Positions 13,297-25,123 of a DNA stretch of 64,000 nucleotides are shown here, in pieces. Where the stretch lies: positions 4,216,001-4,280,000 of the forward strand of contig CM022665.1 in NCBI GenBank assembly GCA_012295275.1, read 5' to 3'. Numbering within the stretch: position 1 is the stretch's first letter; every line of letters starts with the position of its first letter. A program made the translations under genes and the position numbers. Under the pieces are notes generated by a model that had not been told where the DNA came from, did no database searches, and was given only the letters and a program-made list of their open reading frames with translations. The stretch comes from Chrysomallon squamiferum. Taxonomy: Eukaryota > Animalia > Mollusca.

Positions 13297-15343
13297 CCTA
13301 AGTATATAGAGTTTCTAATACATATAACTGAGTTTATAATCCTTTGGGTTTGCTTGCCTATCCACATTATGGAATAAATTTGTTAATCTTTGTTGAATAT
13401 AATCCTTAGATAACCCTAACCACATTAGAAATAAATTATTCTCTGTAATCTCTTGGATTTCATGATCTATTTTTTACCAAGTTATTTTTCCTAGTTTTCC
13501 CTGCCCCCATCCACTCACTTTTTTTTTTTATGGCTGTCACTTGTTTTAGAATACATCTAAATTAGCCGATGATCGTATTTATACGATTGTAAAAATGATT
13601 TCAACAACATTATTATTAAAGATGTATTTTCAGCTACATCTGTTCTTAATAATCCAGTTTCCATGCTGACACTTGTTGGAAAGTATATGTTAATCTGAAA
13701 TAGTTTCAAGTTACTGTCGGTATTTGCATACCTGAATTAATCAGCCTGTTTAGGCCTCATAAGACCAGTAATGGGCTTAAAGGAAAAAATATATTTAAAC
13801 TTGTAAAAAAGAACAAATAAAAATACTCGAGAAGAATGGCAGTTTTAAATCTTTTAATTTATTATGTTTCCAAATCATGAACAAAATTTGAATTAGTTCA
13901 TGGTTAGAAATGGAAAGTTTTTAAGATTATATTCATAACTTTATGGTATATCAGCTGATGATATTGTTCCATGACATCATATTTAACTTTTAAATATCAC
14001 AGATTTCTTTTTTTCTTTTTTTTTTTCATCCAAATTGGTTCTTTATCTGTCATTTTTAGGAATAATATTCACCAACTTATTTTATTTCATTTTTAAATTT
14101 TTTGAATTTTAATGTTTCTGTTGTTCAAATGTGATACAGTTTTACATTTGATCTTTACCTACATGGAAATGAATTCTGTCAGATGATGTATTCAATGCAC
14201 GTTTCAGGTTTTATGTGGAATTTGAATTTAATTTTTTGCAGCGTAAAAAATAGCACCAAAATGGTGAAGGTAATTATCCTAAACACAGTTAATTGTATAT
14301 GGTGAATGGTGAAATTGGTGCTTTGGGTGTCAGGAATGTGGAAGTGATAAAAACTAAAAAAAAAAAAAAAAAAAAATGATCTGCAATATTTTACATATAT
14401 CCTTCAATCTCTGTATATAGTGGCAAGATATGATGAGTAGAAAAATTTCTGTTTTTTGCTCACTGATGAAACACACACACACACTCATTCAAAAATCACT
14501 TCTTTACCGTTAACTTGCTGGTTTAGATCTTAAAAGACCATTTTGAAAACTGTTTTCATTCAAAAAGTTAAAAATGCATTGTTATTTAAGATCTTTTTTT
14601 TTTTTTTTTTTTTTTTTTTTTGAAATACACATAAATCAACCATTCTCGAGGGTGGTCATTTAATTTTTGTATTATTTAAGATTGCTAAATAACAGAAATA
14701 ACTGGTTACTATCTGAGATGTCAACTTTATCCTGCTCAGGCTAACTTGTGAATGTTTAGCATTCCATCCATTGCAGTATTAAACTGATAACTTAAGACAG
14801 TAACCAGTTATTCCCACCCTCTCGCTACATACTAGAATTTAAAAAAGAAATAAAGAAATTTTTAAAATTGGTGGGGGGTGGCTTACGAACTTGTAAATGG
14901 TTATATATTATGTATATTATTTTTTATTTCAAAGTTAGAACATTTATTGGGACTGTGTGTAACTGACAATATTAATTATATTAAAAGTTTAGAATTTTTA
15001 AAACATTTGTTAGCTTCCACATTCCTGGTTTTGCATGTTACGTTAGGGTATTTTGCACCAACAGGACATTTTTTAATTTATTTATCCCCCCATTTTGCTA
15101 TTATTTCCTATTCTTTTTCTCTTTTTTTGGATTTTTTTCAGATTATATCATTTTGGATCTGTTTTGATATTTTGCAATACTGAAATCAATAGAAACTGTT
15201 GCAATGTAAATAATAGAGAAATTAATGATAAAACAGTTTAACTAAAGATTCTGATTTAAATTAATGTACTGAACATTTTTTGTTGTTGTTTTTTTTTCTA
15301 TTTAAAATAACAACAAAACAGTCAATTTACAAATACATATATG

Positions 15344-15376
<33 letters not shown>

Positions 15377-15745
15377 ATATGTATATATATATATATAATT
15401 TTTTTTTTTTTTTAAAACAGTTCAGCAAATAAAAAGAATAATAGAAGAGAAAAATAACATACAACAGTCAGATTTTGTGTATTGCAATTTATCTTAAACA
15501 TTTTCATGGGCTAAATGTATGTGAACTGAAGAAAATGTTTATTATATAAATGTGTTTTCTTGTGTATGCCTTTGTGAGTGAGTGAGTGAGTGTGTGTGTG
15601 TGTGTGTGTGTGTGGAAAAAAGCTTATGAATCCTAAATGTCAAGTAGAAATGTATATTTTTATTATGTCATAAATAGGTAAAATTGTTTTATTTATTTTG
15701 TTTAAAAAAAACACAAACCCTCCCACAACACAACACAAAACCACC

Positions 15746-15778
<33 letters not shown>

Positions 15779-17012
15779 GAAGAAGGTTAAAAACAACAAA
15801 AAGAAACACAAAGTAATCACCAGATTAAAATGTTCTGTTACTGTGGTTGACTGTTGCACCATAAACAGTTTGTTGCTTTATGCTTTGTGGAATTTTTAAA
15901 ACATTTTTTATCAGTTATATATATATAAACACATACAAGCAACATGTGGCTAGAATAATAACAACAGTAATAGTAAATACTAATTAAAAACACCAAGTCA
16001 AACAACAACAACAACAACAACAAAAAAAACCAAACAAAAAAAGTTAATTTGTAGGGGTCTTGATAAGGTGTAATGGATTATGATAAATATCATTTTATAA
16101 ACCTGAGTTATGGCCGTAACTAGACTCTTTTTGAAATGAGGCAAAAACACTTAAAATAATTTGGGTGAGGTGTCTGGGGGAATTGAAAGACGCAAAATCC
16201 TCTATTAGCCATATATATTTTATATTTTTTAAATAAAATATTTGTATCATAAAAATAAACTAAAAACAAAACAAAACAAAAAAGTCTACAGTCTTGGTAT
16301 GAGGTATTTGCCTCATTTGCCTCAGTGTAGTTAAGGCCATGGAAGTCCGAAAATATAAATTATATTAAATGCTGTACTGTATCCATCAATAACAGTTTTA
16401 GTCACATATCAAAATACTTTACTTTATTTTTATTGAATACTCATCAAACAACAACAAAAAACAAAACAAAACAAACTTAAAATGAATAATAATAATAAAA
16501 AATAAAAAAACAATAGTGAAAACAAAATTAGATAATTATTCTACATAAAGCAACACATTTATACTTGCTTGATCTGTATAGGTTGTATTTAAATTGAGGC
16601 AGGAAATGTAACAACAACAACAACAAGAAAAAAAAAAAAAAAAGAAACAAAATAAAATAAAACTTTGTTAACTTTAATGCTGAAACTTCAGTTAGGTAAA
16701 TGAAGTCAATTCATATTTAGCTATTACATGTTGTCTGAAAGCTGTATTTGTTTTGTTAATGGTTTGTGTTTGTAAGTACTATTTTTTTTTAACTATATTT
16801 TGTAATGAAATTTGGATAGCAAAAAGATTATATGTATATATTATTGATTTATTTATTTCTGTAAAAAATCAAGATTTTAAAGGAAATTCAGAGGAAAACC
16901 TCAAATTCTGTAATCTACAGTATCATTTCTTTTGAATAGATAAAAAAAAAAAAAAAAAAATAAACAAAATAAATAAGTCTGTGATAGTAAAAACATGTAG
17001 TACAGAACAATT

Positions 17013-17043
<31 letters not shown>

Positions 17044-17498
17044 TTATTATTATTACTTATTATTATTATTTATTGCTGTTGTACTGGCCTTTTCCAAGTG
17101 ATTGTTCTAATTATCATTTCAACTCAATCTTTTCTAATTATAAAGCATGACAGCACAATAACAAGAACACACACATTTTAGTTTAGAAGAATTACATTTC
17201 ATTTTTGAAGTGTTTGTTCATATCCTCACATTGTTTGATCATCTTATTTTGTTTGCATGTATACTGAAAAAAGGTGGACATTTCTTCTTCTGTTTTTTTT
17301 CAGTCTTTTTGAATCACTGTATGCTTTACTAAAATTTGAAATTAATAAAAAACCTAGCCTTCTTTTTTAGTTAATTTTTTTTAATAACAATATTTTGGGA
17401 ATATATTTTTTATTTTGAAGATGCATTTTTCAACGTTTATCATTTTAAAATCCTTTTTTTTTTTTTTTTTTTTTTTCCAGGATCGTTACGGAAGTTAA
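5032..17498 (+). CDS. ARFGAP2: ADP-ribosylation factor GTPase-activating protein 2/3 (Glo3-type ArfGAP), complete gene, 12 coding exons, 550 aa
   Basis: join(5032..5103,5858..6049,6414..6545,6901..7072,7298..7425,7807..7952,8382..8510,8678..8842,9109..9285,12292..12406,12996..13202,17481..17498) = 1653 nt. ArfGAP zinc finger CFDC...CIDC with the catalytic Arg (HRSLGVH), SMRLAY, ERLGMG, ISHS, two Glo3 motifs ([18 protein letters not shown]) and C-terminus SLQDRYGS*. Probably a single co-ortholog of vertebrate ARFGAP2 and ARFGAP3. Confidence 0.95.
5858..6049 (+). CDS. ARFGAP2: ARFGAP2/3 coding exon 2 (zinc finger)
   Basis: [35 protein letters not shown]...GGNANA. Confidence 0.97.
6414..6545 (+). 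CDS. ARFGAP2: ARFGAP2/3 coding exon 3
   Basis: [30 protein letters not shown]...YGTK. Confidence 0.95.
6901..7072 (+). CDS. ARFGAP2: ARFGAP2/3 coding exon 4
   Basis: [24 protein letters not shown]..., donor GTGAGA. Confidence 0.9.
7298..7425 (+). CDS. ARFGAP2: ARFGAP2/3 coding exon 5
   Basis: [14 protein letters not shown]...[16 protein letters not shown]; an alternative in-frame TAG acceptor lies 6 nt downstream. Confidence 0.88.
7807..7952 (+). CDS. ARFGAP2: ARFGAP2/3 coding exon 6
   Basis: [25 protein letters not shown]...; NAGNAG acceptor (TAGAAG). Confidence 0.9.
8382..8510 (+). CDS. ARFGAP2: ARFGAP2/3 coding exon 7
   Basis: [10 protein letters not shown]...[18 protein letters not shown]. 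Confidence 0.95.
8678..8842 (+). CDS. ARFGAP2: ARFGAP2/3 coding exon 8
   Basis: [16 protein letters not shown]...[16 protein letters not shown]. Confidence 0.92.
9109..9285 (+). CDS. ARFGAP2: ARFGAP2/3 coding exon 9
   Basis: [29 protein letters not shown]...KQDD, phase 2-2. Confidence 0.9.
10342..10374 (+). CDS. Candidate 33-nt cassette exon of ARFGAP2/3 ([12 protein letters not shown])
   Basis: TTTTCCTTACAAG acceptor, CTG|GTAAAT donor, phase 2-2 like the host intron, open in the required frame. Confidence 0.55.
10800..10851. repeat. Short tandem duplication (23-bp exact repeat, 29-bp period)
   Basis: CTAGATTTGAACATTTTAATGTT at 10800 and 10829. Confidence 0.92.
12292..12406 (+). CDS. ARFGAP2: ARFGAP2/3 coding exon 10
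   Basis: [38 protein letters not shown] (Glo3 motif 1). Confidence 0.95.
12996..13202 (+). CDS. ARFGAP2: ARFGAP2/3 coding exon 11
   Basis: [23 protein letters not shown]...[21 protein letters not shown]. Confidence 0.95.
14242..14269 (+). CDS. Candidate 28-nt alternative exon of ARFGAP2/3 encoding RKK-stop
   Basis: TTTTTTGCAG acceptor, CGT AAA AAA TAG, AAG|GTAATT donor. Confidence 0.45.
14500..14813. mobile_element. Decayed interspersed repeat with a long internal palindrome (non-autonomous DNA-element-like), copy 1
   Basis: Inverted arms AATAACTGGTTACTATCT (14697) and AGACAGTAACCAGTTATT (ending 14812). Co-linear similarity to 43310-43611: CTGGTTTAGAT..AAAAGAC, TGTATTATTTA.GATTGC, CTTTATCCTGCTCAGG, ACCAGTTATTCC. 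Left boundary approximate. Confidence 0.7.
16109..16341. mobile_element. Non-autonomous TIR element (MITE, hAT-like ends)
   Basis: TIRs ATGGCCGTAACTA / TAGTTAAGGCCAT (12/13) plus a perfect subterminal inverted repeat AAATGAGGCAAA (16134-16145) / TTTGCCTCATTT (16307-16318). No intact TSD. Confidence 0.7.
17481..17498 (+). CDS. ARFGAP2: ARFGAP2/3 coding exon 12 (terminal)
   Basis: Long poly-T tract + CCAG, then GAT CGT TAC GGA AGT TAA = DRYGS*, the conserved ArfGAP2/3 C-terminus. Confidence 0.9.
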   Translation, partial: DRYGS

Positions 17499-17695
17499 CA
17501 ACACAAATAATTCATTTACAAATGTTGCTGTGGTTGGTGTCTGTGAGAATGCAGACGATGATGTTTTAATGGAATTACTAGCAAAAAATTAACTGATTTT
17601 AAAGATAACACTACAAATTCTTCAACGTTCAGATTGCTGCAAAATCATTTGATCTGTTGAACTTCTGTCCCTTTTATATTTTATTGGCATTATCA

Positions 17696-17751
<56 letters not shown>

Positions 17752-18751
17752 GAATATGACAGCTTGTATTAATTTTGTCCATATTTTCATGGATTTCTGT
17801 CTCATAATAATAATAATTTCATTTTCATTCATTTTAATATGGCTTGATCAGAGTAGATGCAAAAATTTAATTTTTTTAATTTTTTTCTGATAAGTTACAA
17901 AGATAAAATAAAAATCATTTAAGCAATGTAGGAGGCAATGTTAAAAATTTTTAATTTAATTTAATTTAATTTATTATTGTATTTTATTTTATTTTATAAA
18001 TAATTTTTGCAGGCTAATTATCTTTCTGATCAGTACAGTTATACAATTTTCAATCTGTTTTTTTCTAGATCATCATAGGTGAGGTTCATAAAACATCAAA
18101 ATCCAAGATTTTGCTTTAATCTAAAATTTAAAAAAATTGGTAAACAATGCATGCATTCATATATGTCCTATTCTTGTAAATAAAACTTGTTAGTTATATC
18201 TAATTTAAATTGTGATGTAATCTAAATATTCTTAATTACAAAATGGGATGGTGTTGCATTCTTTTGTGTCTTGATATAGCTTTTGTTTTATTTATGACTG
18301 CTATGTAAACGGAATATTAATTCTGAAACCAGTATATCACATTTGATACATTTAAAAATCATGGGATTGTCGAAATAATTTACTTTTGACAAATTACCAA
18401 ATTACCCATATCTTCATGAAATACATGTTTTTTTGTGTTTGTTTTTTGTTTTTTTAATGTTTTGTTTTAATCAAATATTTTCTTTTTCTTTATGTGTTAT
18501 TTGTCAGAATAAAAATGGTTATCATCTGTTATTATTGGCAGTACATATGTCTGTTTCTATGGTGCTTTTTTTTCCCTGTTCTAATGACACAGGAAATTAA
18601 ATGACTAAAGATTTGTAATGATTGCATATTTCTTTTTCAATATTTGTTATTGTTCTGTTACTGTTCTTTACCCTGTGAGTGGAATTCTTAAAACTGACTG
18701 CACAAACTCCCACTACATACATACTTACAAAAAAGTCTCTTTTTTTCAACT

Positions 18752-18795
<44 letters not shown>

Positions 18796-19902
18796 TAATT
18801 TTTTTTCTTGCAGAACAAATTTTTTTTTTTTTCTGAAAAAAAAAAGAATTTCTATTATCACAGAAAGTCTATGAAAGTCTACAAGACAACATAATTATCC
18901 CATTAAAATTTACATTAACATTACCAAAATTTATTTATTTAAACATCGCAGCAATAAAAAATAAAATAAAATAAAAAACAGATGATTAGGAATAGTGATA
19001 ATAAATGAATGGATAATAATAAGTCATAAGACCAAAGACATATTTATTTATAACATCTTTTGAAAAACTGAAAATTCTTTTAACTGCTGAATGGGAAATA
19101 CTTTCACTGATAAAGAATACCTGAAAAAGTTAAAATAAAAAAAAAAAAAAAAAAAAAAAAATCAACAGATTATTTTCCCACATTTAACTTAATTTCCTGT
19201 AAAACAATTACATTTACGATTTAGTAGACAAATATTTTATAAACTTTCCTCATTTAACTTGAGAATTGCATTATCATCCATAGATGATCCAGAAACGCTA
19301 ATTAACAAAATTTCATCATATCATTAATAAAATCAATACTCAATAATTTTCACTATACTCTGGTCTGTTCATTTTATGTTTAAATCTTGGAGATTTGCTT
19401 ACAATATTCAAAATATCAATGTATTTTATTGTTCATACTTATTTGAGTTACAGGTGATACACAAATATTGGGCAAAAGGTTTATTTTTACTTTCTGCGAA
19501 AGTAATTTTAATAATGAAATGTTAGCACATGAAAATATTTTCCTTTTAGGTAAAGTGTGCTCACTTGACATCTGTTTATTAATAAAAGAACCTTTCCCAG
19601 GTTGCCAAGTGATTACAATTTTGAGTCAAATTTAAGAATTATTTAGTCTATATAATGATGTTTTGATGATGTATATATATATATATATATATAAAAAATA
19701 CATGTGTAAATATGTTGTAAATATTGTCATGTATCATTTTCAAGCATAAAAAAAAAAAAAAAAAAAAAAGAAAAATGCAGGTGTGATGGTTTTGAGCTAA
19801 TTATTATTTACAGTTACATGTGTTGGGTATTAGTTGAAAAACATTACGGTGTGGGCATTTTTCTTGAAATATGTAGTTCATACTTTGTTAAACTTTAAAA
19901 AA

Positions 19903-19962
<60 letters not shown>

Positions 19963-22801
19963 TTATAATTGTAATATTATTTTTCTAAAACATTGGTATA
20001 GGAAACAGATTATCAAACAAAAAATAATAAGAACCCCAAAAATGGAATAATAGTGCTCTGTTATTATTTTTTGCCATTCTTGCTAAAATAAAAGAAACAA
20101 AAGTTTCTTATTTCCTAAATGAACAAATTTCATTTTAAAATCACATTGTTTAAAAATATTTTTCAGTTTATTTTGCATTGTTATTGTCAGGTACTAAATT
20201 AACAAAACACCAACCTTTGATATGAAAATTATTGAAAACATTTGTCATAAAACATGAAACGATAATGTCAGTTATTAATCGCACCATATTTATATCATCA
20301 TAAATCAACATTTTCAAATTTATTTATTTGTTTTGAAATTTTTTTAATTATCAGATGGCTGACTAGATGCAAAAACAGAATTTTAAAATTAGATACCTTT
20401 ACTTTGGCACTTGTACAATGTAGTAACGTCTGATTTTGAAAATTGTGAAAAATTGGGATGTATTATCTTTTTCTGATTATTTTTATGTAAATTATGAAAT
20501 GTATTACTGGTGAGGGTTTTTATTACTATTAAATGTGTACAAATTTCTAAAATAAAATTTTCTATCTCTTGTGTTTATTGTTCTTCAATAAACTTCTGTA
20601 TTTTGTCATGAAGTTCACTGGTGATGCACATGTATGTGTTTCATTGACTTCAATAGTAAAGAAACTGGAAAACTGGAGCTGATGATTTAAAAAAAGACAG
20701 ACAAAAATTGTGTTTATATATGTAAAATTTGAAAGAAACATTTTAAGTTTCTTAACTGGTTATATATATTGTAATGTACAGTATTTCTTGTTTTAAAAGA
20801 AACCAAAAAAAAAAAAAACGATCTTAGGTTATAATTAACTGAAATATTATTATTAGTTACTGAAATTTATAATGTATAAAAAAAAAAAAAAATTGTTTCA
20901 ATGTATTATTATTACTATTATTGTTATTAACAATTTTGTATCCTTTATTTTTCAAGTTTTATTTACATATGTATTTAACATCATTAGGATATGAAAAATA
21001 AATATATAAATAAATAATATAACCAAAACAAACATAGAATTAACAAATGATTTATTATAGTATGCTATTTGAAAAATTATGTTAGTGAATTAGATTTTAG
21101 TTTTAATTTTCTTTCTTTTATAATATTCAGTCATACACTACTATTTATTTAAAAAAAAAAAAATTGACTTTTTTAAGGACAGAAGTTGTACAGAATAATT
21201 TCATTTTAAAATGTTTGGAACATAAATGTAGATATTTTTCTGTTCTCTCTTTCAGAAATATTAAATAAAAAGTATTTCAGATTTTAATTTTGTCAAATGT
21301 CATTTTGTTCTGTGCTATTTATTGAATTACTTGGCGAGGTTATATTTTTTGAATACGAAACCCTGAAATATCCTGTCATGCAGCTAACAATGAAATTGAT
21401 AGAAAAGAATTGTTTATTGTTTGTGTCTAATGAAAGTTAATGATGTGATAATAGTTTAAGCGGCCCATGAAATCTAAAGGGTTTCCTTTCATCAAAAAGA
21501 GTTTAAAAAAAAAAAATGACACCCAATAACTGTATTAAATATTAAATGATTAATTATTAAAGTTAATTTTCTTCAAACACTGCATAATTGTAATAAATAT
21601 ACATCATTAGTGAAGCACCAGGCTTTCCATATTTGAAAGGAAAAAAAAAAAAAAAAAAAGCTTTCCATACATTCATTAGAGCCACTCAATTTTTCTTTTT
21701 GATTCATTGATTCATTAAAAATATTTAAAAACAAGCACAAAATCAGTTTCTTCAACATTTTATTTGGTGTTTCAAATATATTACAATGAAGGTAAATCAC
21801 AGATTTTTATTTTCTTCGACATCTGTGCATGAGTATCCTATAATAAAAACAACAATGATTATACAGAACAAACGAGCACTAAAATGTATTGTTTTGAAAA
21901 ACTAGATAAATAAGAAAATGCCAAGAAAAACTAATAATTATACTGCAGTTTTGATATTTATCTTAGTGATAATTTTCCACTACTTTTTTATTTTGATGAA
22001 AATGTATGGTGACATTTTTATTTTTTAAATAGGACTTACTGTTATTAATTGCAAACAATGACTAATGGTAAATGTGTACCATCACCAGTACTGTTTCAGG
22101 CATGTAAGGTCATCTGATAATTATCTCTGTGCTAAGCTTTGAAATTTATTGACTTATTACTTTTATTATTTATTTCATTTTTTGTTTTTCCTCCCATTTT
22201 GGTTTATTTTTTACATGGTCATTAGGTTAATACTACCAGAACATGCAGGAAAACTAATGTATAATATGTAATGTCATCTAATAATAATTATTACCTAAAT
22301 ACTAAAGTAATAAAATAATTTTATTTTTATTATCTTATTTTCTTTTTTGTGGAAGGGATCATGATATTAACAAAACAAAATAAAAAATAACTAAAATAAT
22401 ATGTTTTTTTCTGGCAAAGTACTATGGTAAAGTTAAGACACCTGGAGTAAAACTAGGCATTGATATTTAACACAGTATTGTTTTATATAAAACATAATAC
22501 TGACGTTTGAAATTTATAAAATGAAATTGGAGTTACAAAATAATTATTTTAGAGATGGGAATCTTGGTTTTGAAAGCATAATTATCTTTGAATTATTTTA
22601 AGACTAGCATATTATTTCTTTACATTATATTCTAATTCATATACAGTCCTTATTGTGTTAAACAGAATATGACATTAACAATTTTTAAAAGATTTAAAGA
22701 TGAAGTTAGGGGGTTATATTTTAATAATGGAGATACATAAAAATGAAGTGGATTATGGCAAATTGAACATTTGCTACAACTTTAAATAAAAATAATAAAA
22801 A

Positions 22802-22847
<46 letters not shown>

Positions 22848-23551
22848 GTAAATTATTATTATTATTATAAAAAAGATGTTAACACTAGTGGTAATATTAA
22901 CTTTATGTTGTAATAATGTTAGCACTATTAGTCATGGAGCAGTAGTACTACAACTAGCAGAAATTAGTTGCAGATAGTAACATTTTAGTAATGGTTAGTA
23001 ATAGTAATTCATACTATTTTCTAGTAGTGATCACTAGCTAGTATGTCAATACAAAATCTGACTGAAAAATAGTGTGTCTTCCAAAGTGTTATTAATATAT
23101 TAATATTGTCTGTCACCCTGCTAGACAGTAAACATTTTATTTTTTAAAATGTATTTGGCACTAAAGGGTTGAATATATTAAAAATTTGTTTAGAGAAAAA
23201 CGATTTCATTGATCTGTTGGTTTTATGCTTGTTGCTGGCAAGTCAGTCTTTCATATGAAAACATTAAACTAATACTTAACAATACATCTAGTACAAATAA
23301 TATAAATAGTTCATATAAATAATATCCTATTCACAAAATAATGTACATGGAGATATATATGAATATGTAATAGGAACATGAAAAACCATCTATATATTCA
23401 TTCTTTACAAAAAGAACAAAATGTACTACAACAAAATAAATATTTTTTTTTAACAGATACATGTTGTAATGATCAGTAATCTCAGAGTTAATAGTAATTA
23501 ATTCATTAGAAAAATCTAATCTCTTGAAAACTGTTTAATACATACAGTATT

Positions 23552-23589
<38 letters not shown>

Positions 23590-24172
23590 ACACACAAAAC
23601 TGGTTGAAACTAAAGTAAAATAAAGCATATAAAACTGAAAATCTGACTAATATTTAATAGTAATAATAATAATAATAATAATTAAAACAATTACAATCAT
23701 GAAAAGTGAGTAGGAAAAATTATAAAATTTAACAAAACAGATTAAAAAGTACAAAACCAACATACAGACTGAGCTGAATTTCTTGATATTGCCATCAGTT
23801 AGTGAAAATTAATTACAGAAGAAAACAACAACAACAAACAAAACAACAAAATAAAATTCATCTAAACATACAAAATACCTTGAAGATGAACAAGGAATAT
23901 TTTGACAAAGGCATGGTTACAAAAGTTATAATTTAATTTACTCAAATAATTGAAAATGACAATAGTATTTATATTATGATTATAAAACAAACAGAAAAAA
24001 TGTGTGATCAGGTTGGTGCATATTACATATATACTATAACAGCCCATAATATACTGTCAGACTTAAAATATTCTGCTTCAAATGATGATCAAACACAAAT
24101 GGATTTAAAAAAATCTAAACTTGATCCCATAAACTAGAAAATCACTCCCATTATTAAATTTAAAAAAAAAAC

Positions 24173-24238
<66 letters not shown>

Positions 24239-24691
24239 AATACAATACAATAAAAAAATAAAAAAATAAAAAAAAAAAAATAAACAAACAAACAAAAAAA
24301 AAAAAAAATAAAAAAAAAAATAAAAAAAAATAAAAAAAAATAAATAAATAAAAAAAAGCAAAAGTCCTCAGACTATTTCACTTGTACATCACAACATTTA
24401 ATAATACATTTTTCAAAAATATAAACAAGTTGCAGAGGTTGTAATGGGAAAAAAATCTACAAGTCATTCCTGTATAAAAAGGCACACTAACCATTAGTCT
24501 AAACGCTAGTCTATTAGAAAATGATAATTTAATAATAAACAAACATATTCCTTCCTTAGGCTCATTTATAAAAAAAAACATCCAAACCTGAACCCACTGA
24601 AACAAAATTCAAGAATTCAGATCCATCTGGGATATTTTGGGCTGCTATATATGTACAGTATTGCTGATTGACAGTAAATTAACATTATGAT

Positions 24692-24847
24692 TAAATAAAT
24701 AAGTAAATACAGGTAAATAAATAACTAAATAAATAAATAAGTAAATACAGGTAAATAAATAACTAAATAAATAAATAAGTAAATACAGGTAAATAAATAA
24801 CTAAATAAATAAATAAGTAAATACAGGTAAATAAATAACTAAATAAA
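24692..24847. repeat. 38-bp tandem minisatellite, about 4 identical copies
   Basis: CAGGT core at 24710, 24748, 24786 and 24824; unit TAAATAAATAAATAAGTAAATACAGGTAAATAAATAAC. Confidence 0.95.
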
Positions 24848-25088
24848 CAACTAAATAAATAAATAAATAAACAAATAAAGGTCAATGAATAATTGGCAAT
24901 AAATAAATGTATTAAAAAAAAAAAAACACAAATATTTAAGTAAATAAATATAATTAAATAAATTTCAATAAATAGCAACAAATGTGTAAATACACAGCAA
25001 CAAATGTATAAATAAATAACTGGTAATAAATTAATTTAAAAAAAAAAAGAAAAAAGGAATATAAATATAAATAAATAACCTCCATAAC

Positions 25089-25123
<35 letters not shown>

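Noticed and set aside
14430-14466. C/D box snoRNA-like ATGATGA...CTGA in an ARFGAP intron
   Set aside because: The boxes are only about 35 nt apart with no terminal stem; too short.
20360-20370. TGACTAGAT, matching the 5' end of the miR-279 family
   Set aside because: Only 9 nt and no precursor hairpin in the flanks.
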